From assembly GCA_027010265.1 (NCBI GenBank), contig JALVCE010000116.1, positions 1,626-65,625 on the forward strand: a stretch of 64,000 nt of DNA. Direction: 5' to 3'. The position numbers and the translations under genes are program-made. Positions 59,601 through 64,000 of this stretch are shown here, in pieces. The notes beneath the pieces were generated by a model, which was given only the letters and a program-made list of their open reading frames with translations, was not told where the DNA came from and made no database searches. The stretch's first letter is position 1; each line of letters opens with the position of its first letter. Source of the DNA: Chromatiales bacterium (GTDB lineage: Bacteria; Pseudomonadota; Gammaproteobacteria; SZUA-152).

Positions 59601-62225
59601 TCAGGAAATTTGCGCCAACAGATCCTCGGCCTGTTTTTTTTGCTCATCATCACCCTCTTCCAGCACCTCGTCGAGAATGCTCTTGGCGCCATCGCCATCG
59701 CCCATGTCCACATAGGCCTTGGCCAGGTCCAGCTTGGTTCCAATCTCGTCCACGTCGCCGAAGGCATCTGCATCGAGGTCACCAAGTTCGTCATCAAGCT
59801 CCGTATCCAGTCCGGTGCTGAGCGTTTCATCGAGTTCCCCGCTTACATCGAGTTCCTGGGTACTTTCTACATCCGTGGCTGATTCCTCAATAGCTACCTC
59901 TGCTTCAATGTCCCCCATGTCAAAGTCGAGGCTGGTATCTTCCTCTGCGGTGGTTTCGCTGGCCTCATCGGCGGCATCGGTATCCAGGTTGAAATCCAGG
60001 CTGGAAACGTCGAAGTCCAGGCCATTGTCCTTCTCGGCCTTTTCATTACTCTGGGAGGCAGCCTCATCGCCCGGCTCCGTGCCCATGTCAAAATCGAGAC
60101 TGTTGTCTTCATCCTTGGCCGGTGCTTCCTGGGCCGCTTTACCACCCGTTTCACCACCCGTGGCCGCCTCCAACTCAGCAAACATTTCATCCGTCTCGGC
60201 GTCACCACCAGCTCCGCTGGCATCTATGTTCTCGGCGTCGATATCGAAATCGAAGTCCAGCAGATCGTCTTCACTACCACTGGTATCTTCTTCCAGCTCT
60301 TCCTTCAGGGCCTCTACCGTATCGCCCCCAAACAGGTCGCTGCCGGGACAGAGCTGTTGACCCATGGTCACCACCTTGGCCCACATGGGATCATCTTCAT
60401 TCCCCAAGGCATCGTGGAATTCCTGGGCGCCTTGTTCGAAGGCCTCACGATTCTTCGCAGCGAAGAACACCTCCAGCAGTTTCAGTTTGAGGTCGGGACG
60501 TTCCGGCTCCTTATCCAGGGCCTCCTTGAGAATATCTTCCGCCTGCTGATGACGGCCATAGGCCAGGTAGACATCGGCCTCGGAAATGGGATCCACGTCC
60601 GCCGCATCGGTTTCGATGCCGCTCATGCCACTCATCTCGCTCATGGCAAAATCACTGACCATGGAGCTTTCGCCACCATTCATGGCCTCTGGAGTGGCGC
60701 CGGCGTCACCGCCTCCCACATTGAGGATGCTCTCTTCGAAGCCATCCGCCATCTTCCGGCGACGTTGAATGACCACCGCGACGATGAGCAGAACCAGTAT
60801 GCCGATACCACCATACATCACCATGGGATCATCCAGCAGACTGGGCTCTTCCATGGGCGCAGGGGCAGAAGCGGGGGCCGGCTTGGCTGCCGGTTTGGCT
60901 TCGGTGGGGGTTTCGACCTGTTCGCCTGCTTCAGTGGGCATTTCTGCCTGAGCGGCCTCTCCTGCCGGGGCCTGTTCCGTGGCCTCCTGGGTTACGGCTT
61001 CTGGCTCGGGCATCTTGGTCTCGCCCTGCTTCGGCTCGACCCCGGCCTGTTTCTGCAACGCCAGCATTTCATCATCCTTGAGCATGATGAGGCGTTGCAT
61101 GGCGGCCAGCTGTTCTTCCATCTCCGCCAGGCGGGCCTTCAATTCGTCAGTTTCCTGTCGGTTTGCGTCCAGGGCCTCGGCGGCCAGTAACAGATCCTGG
61201 CGCAGTTGTTCCACATCTTCTTCACCTGCGCCACTGCCTGCGCCCTTGGAACCCGGGGCCACCAGCTTCAGGCTGGCGGAATCCGCAGCCCCAGCCCCAG
61301 AGCCGGCTTGTTCTCCACGGGCCACTCGACCACCCGTGCCTGCCTCGGCCTGGCGCACCAGCTTGCCGCTCTTGCGGGCCCGCCATTCACGATGTTGACG
61401 ATTCACCTCCGCCTTGGCCTCCTCCGCTGAAAAGGCGGTGAGGGACGCAGGATCGTCAACACGCAACACATAGCCGGCTTTAAGCTGGTTGACATTGCCG
61501 TTGTAAAACGCATTGGGGTTATTACGCACCAGGGCCAGCATCATCTGATCCACAGTGACACCACTGGGCCGCATGGCATTGGCGATTTCGTAAAGGGTAT
61601 CGTTGTACTTCACCGGGCCATAGACCAGCTCACCGGGACGATGAGACACCGGAGCCATCTCGGCACGTGCGCGAATCGGTGCCGGCTGGGTAGCGGGCGC
61701 CGATGCACTGGGTGCCGAAGTTGCCGCCTGCGGGGCAACACCGGCTTGTTGCATGGGCGCCGGTGCTTCCTCTGACAACACCGGCGGATCCACCAGTACA
61801 GTGAATTCGCGCAGGATACGACCGCGCGGCCAGCGGGCCTCCACCACGAAGTCCAGGAAGGGCTCGGTAACGGGATCAGTGGTGGTCAGTTGTACGTAGG
61901 CCTGACCATTCTTGTGGCGCTTTACCTCGAATTTGATCTTGGTGAGGAAGAAGGCCCGGTCAGCGCCGACCCGCGTGAAATCCTCTTCCGAGGCCAGTTT
62001 GACCACCAGATTCGCGAGGTCGCCTTTTTGAACCGAAAGCAGCTCGATTTGTGCATCCAGGGGCTGGTTGAGGGCCGATTTCATGGTGATATTGCCCAGA
62101 CCCAGTGCATAGCCCATGGCCGGAATCAGCATTGCCACCATGGCCATAGCCAGCGCCAATCGTTTCACCGTTGCGAAATAGCCAACCGGTGCGAATAGCT
62201 TATCCGATGCCAATAGCGTACTCAT
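59601..62225 (-). CDS. fimV: FimV/HubP-family polar scaffold (LysM, acidic repeat region, C-terminal FimV motif)
   Basis: 874 aa. N-terminal SALNQPLDAQIELLSV. LysM (YGPVKYNDTLYEIANAMRP). One TM. Long D/E-rich repeats (LDFDMG). C-terminal TKLDLAKAYVDMGDGDGAKSILDEVLEEG. Confidence 0.9.
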   Translation of the reverse strand: MSTLLASDKLFAPVGYFATVKRLALAMAMVAMLIPAMGYALGLGNITMKSALNQPLDAQIELLSVQKGDLANLVVKLASEEDFTRVGADRAFFLTKIKFEVKRHKNGQAYVQLTTTDPVTEPFLDFVVEARWPRGRILREFTVLVDPPVLSEEAPAPMQQAGVAPQAATSAPSASAPATQPAPIRARAEMAPVSHRPGELVYGPVKYNDTLYEIANAMRPSGVTVDQMMLALVRNNPNAFYNGNVNQLKAGYVLRVDDPASLTAFSAEEAKAEVNRQHREWRARKSGKLVRQAEAGTGGRVARGEQAGSGAGAADSASLKLVAPGSKGAGSGAGEEDVEQLRQDLLLAAEALDANRQETDELKARLAEMEEQLAAMQRLIMLKDDEMLALQKQAGVEPKQGETKMPEPEAVTQEATEQAPAGEAAQAEMPTEAGEQVETPTEAKPAAKPAPASAPAPMEEPSLLDDPMVMYGGIGILVLLIVAVVIQRRRKMADGFEESILNVGGGDAGATPEAMNGGESSMVSDFAMSEMSGMSGIETDAADVDPISEADVYLAYGRHQQAEDILKEALDKEPERPDLKLKLLEVFFAAKNREAFEQGAQEFHDALGNEDDPMWAKVVTMGQQLCPGSDLFGGDTVEALKEELEEDTSGSEDDLLDFDFDIDAENIDASGAGGDAETDEMFAELEAATGGETGGKAAQEAPAKDEDNSLDFDMGTEPGDEAASQSNEKAEKDNGLDFDVSSLDFNLDTDAADEASETTAEEDTSLDFDMGDIEAEVAIEESATDVESTQELDVSGELDETLSTGLDTELDDELGDLDADAFGDVDEIGTKLDLAKAYVDMGDGDGAKSILDEVLEEGDDEQKKQAEDLLAQIS

Positions 62226-62362
62226 AGTTACTCCCGTTTTTAGTTATTCAGCCTATCCACTGATTTCCCCATATTTAGGAAACCCACTACAGCATCGGCA
62301 ACCTATAGGAATTATTTAGAAATATTAGGTAATTAGCGCAAAGAATCAGAAGCAACTATAGC

Positions 62363-63385
62363 TTACACGCCCACTTTTACCAACAATTCAAGGATTTGCA
62401 CACTATTGAGCGCCGCACCCTTGCGCACATTATCGGCAACGATCCACAGATTTAAACCACAGGACTGGGAAATATCCTCACGGATGCGGCCCACAAACAC
62501 CGCGTCCCCGCCCGCGGCATGGGTGACCGCCGTGGGACCGGCTTCTGCCGACGCCTCCGCGAGCACTTCCACCCCCGGCGCCTGGCGCAACAGCTCCTGC
62601 GCCTCCTCGGCGCCCAGCTTGGCGCCGGTCTCCACTTGTACAGCCTGGGAATGACCAAAAAAAACCGGCGCCTGCACCGTGGTGGCGTTAATGAGAATAT
62701 CGCCGTCATCGAGGATTTTTTGCGGAGCCCGTACCATTTTCATCTCGCAGGACAGATAACCATTGTCTTCCAGCTCATCCACCTGGGGTAAAAGATTGAA
62801 GGCCTGCTGCTGGGGAAACACCTCACGTTTCACCTCCTGCATGTTCAACAGGGCGATGGTCTGCCCGGCCAGCTCGTCCATGCCCGCCCTGCCCAGGGCG
62901 GTGGCCGCCTGATAGTTGACCACATTGATGCGTTCGATACCCACAGCATCATAAATGGGCTTGAGCGCCACCAGCAATTGAATAGTGGCGCTGTCCGGAC
63001 TGACGACAATCCTGCGCTCTGCATAACTGGAAATTGCCTGCGCGTTCACCTCCGGGATCACCAGTGGCACATCCTCGTCATCCACAAACTGCGATGATGT
63101 ATCGACCACCACACAACCGGCCGCCGTGGCCTTGGGTACGTATTCGGCAGACACCGCATCGGCGGCGCAAAACACCACGAACTGAGCCTGCTGAAAGTCA
63201 AACTCCGTGACATCCTTGACGGTGAAATACTTGCCGCCCAGCTCGAGCTTTTTCCCCGCCGTACGCGCGCTGGCCAGGGGGAAAAAATTGCCCACGGGAA
63301 AATCACGCTCCCCGAGGATCGATATCAAGGCCTCGCCCACCAAGCCAGTGGCGCCAACCACGGCCACATCAAATTTTTTACTCAC
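62363..63385 (-). CDS. aspartate-semialdehyde dehydrogenase-like protein (USG-1 type, catalytic Cys replaced)
   Basis: VAVVGATGLVGE Rossmann motif. The position of the Asd NPNCSTIQ active site reads SPDSATIQ (Cys to Ser). GHS is retained. Confidence 0.82.
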   Translation of the reverse strand: MSKKFDVAVVGATGLVGEALISILGERDFPVGNFFPLASARTAGKKLELGGKYFTVKDVTEFDFQQAQFVVFCAADAVSAEYVPKATAAGCVVVDTSSQFVDDEDVPLVIPEVNAQAISSYAERRIVVSPDSATIQLLVALKPIYDAVGIERINVVNYQAATALGRAGMDELAGQTIALLNMQEVKREVFPQQQAFNLLPQVDELEDNGYLSCEMKMVRAPQKILDDGDILINATTVQAPVFFGHSQAVQVETGAKLGAEEAQELLRQAPGVEVLAEASAEAGPTAVTHAAGGDAVFVGRIREDISQSCGLNLWIVADNVRKGAALNSVQILELLVKVGV

Positions 63386-63420
63386 TATTTACAGTTACCT
63401 TTCAATGGTCGCATATAAAG

Positions 63421-64000
63421 TCAAGTGTCCAGCAACAGGCGCAACATGCGGCGCAGCGGCTCCGCCGCCCCCCACAACAATTGATCGCCCACGGTGAAGG
63501 CCGCCAGGTAATCATTGCCCATGCTCAGCTTGCGCAACCGGCCCACGGGTACAGTGAGCGTACCCGTCACCGCCGCCGGGGTCAGTTCCTGCATGGTGAT
63601 ATCGCGCTCGTTGGGCACCACCTTCACCCAGTCGTTGGCCACGGCCAGCATGCCGTGGATCTCGTCCAGGGGCACATCCTGTTTCAGCTTGATGGTCAGC
63701 GCCTGGCTGTGACAACGCATGGCGCCGATGCGCACGCAGATGCCGTCGATGGGAATCACCCTGTCGCCGCGACCGAGAATCTTGTTGGTCTCCACCTCGG
63801 CTTTCCATTCCTCGCGGGTCTGTCCGGAATCCAGTTGCGAATCCAGCCAGGGGATCAGGCTGCCGGCCAGGGGCACGCCCCACTTTTCCTTGGGGTAATC
63901 ATCGGAGCGCAAAAAGTCGGCGAGCTTTTTGTCGATGTCGAGAATCGCCGCGGAGGGATCATCGTTGAGGTCTTTCACCGCCTCGTTGATGGCGCCCATC
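63421..64000 (-). CDS. asd: aspartate-semialdehyde dehydrogenase, C-terminal part (gene runs off the window end)
   Basis: [20 protein letters not shown]...[22 protein letters not shown] matches E. coli-type Asd. Confidence 0.92.
   Translation of the reverse strand, partial: MGAINEAVKDLNDDPSAAILDIDKKLADFLRSDDYPKEKWGVPLAGSLIPWLDSQLDSGQTREEWKAEVETNKILGRGDRVIPIDGICVRIGAMRCHSQALTIKLKQDVPLDEIHGMLAVANDWVKVVPNERDITMQELTPAAVTGTLTVPVGRLRKLSMGNDYLAAFTVGDQLLWGAAEPLRRMLRLLLDT

Overview
High-GC (about 60%) chromosomal segment from a gammaproteobacterium, read by eye without any search tools. It is mostly housekeeping genes. Two blocks follow gene orders I remember from Pseudomonas. The first is psd, X, fimX, X, parC, parE (about 8.4-25 kb). 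The second is metZ, purF, cvpA, dedD, folC, accD, (trpA, trpB), trpF, truA, fimV, usg-like, asd (48-64 kb). Other recognisable genes are guaB/xseA, hemH, SCO1 and PCuAC copper chaperones, epmA-efp-epmB, xseB-ispA-dxs and queD-folE2. I saw no rRNA, tRNA, CRISPR array, integrase, transposase or prophage genes.

The less ordinary content falls into four groups.
1. c-di-GMP and type IV pilus signalling genes are dense. A FimX-like pseudo-REC-PAS-degenerate GGDEF-EVL protein is flanked by two roughly 625-aa paralogues of unknown function with PilZ-like C-termini, and one paralogue sits 2 nt after the parC stop. There is also a stand-alone PilZ, a sensor kinase with a REC-GGDEF partner, and FimV.
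2. A two-component system is linked to PepSY, a diheme cytochrome c, a DUF1924/SHP-like monoheme protein and cytochrome b561. The operon is interrupted by a 267-bp MITE-like element.
3. A zinc-ribbon/nucleotide cyclase/STAND ATPase/TPR giant lies divergent from a DUF1853 gene.
4. Three small low-GC insertions sit in conserved backbones: an orphan membrane ORF plus a repeat thicket between parC and parE, a ParE/RHH toxin-antitoxin island, and a fused DUF4160-DUF2442 ORF between accD and trpA.

The non-coding DNA is unusually structured. It holds a REP/BIME family (GTCATTCCGGCGAAGGCCGGAATCCAG), a GTAGGGTGGGCAC family, and a set of hairpins whose arms are four tandem heptamers (AGGACTN, CTAGGGG/CGAGTAN, TTYCYCT, ACTAAGC) around A/T-run loops. 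All functional calls rest on motif and family recognition and should be confirmed by database searches.
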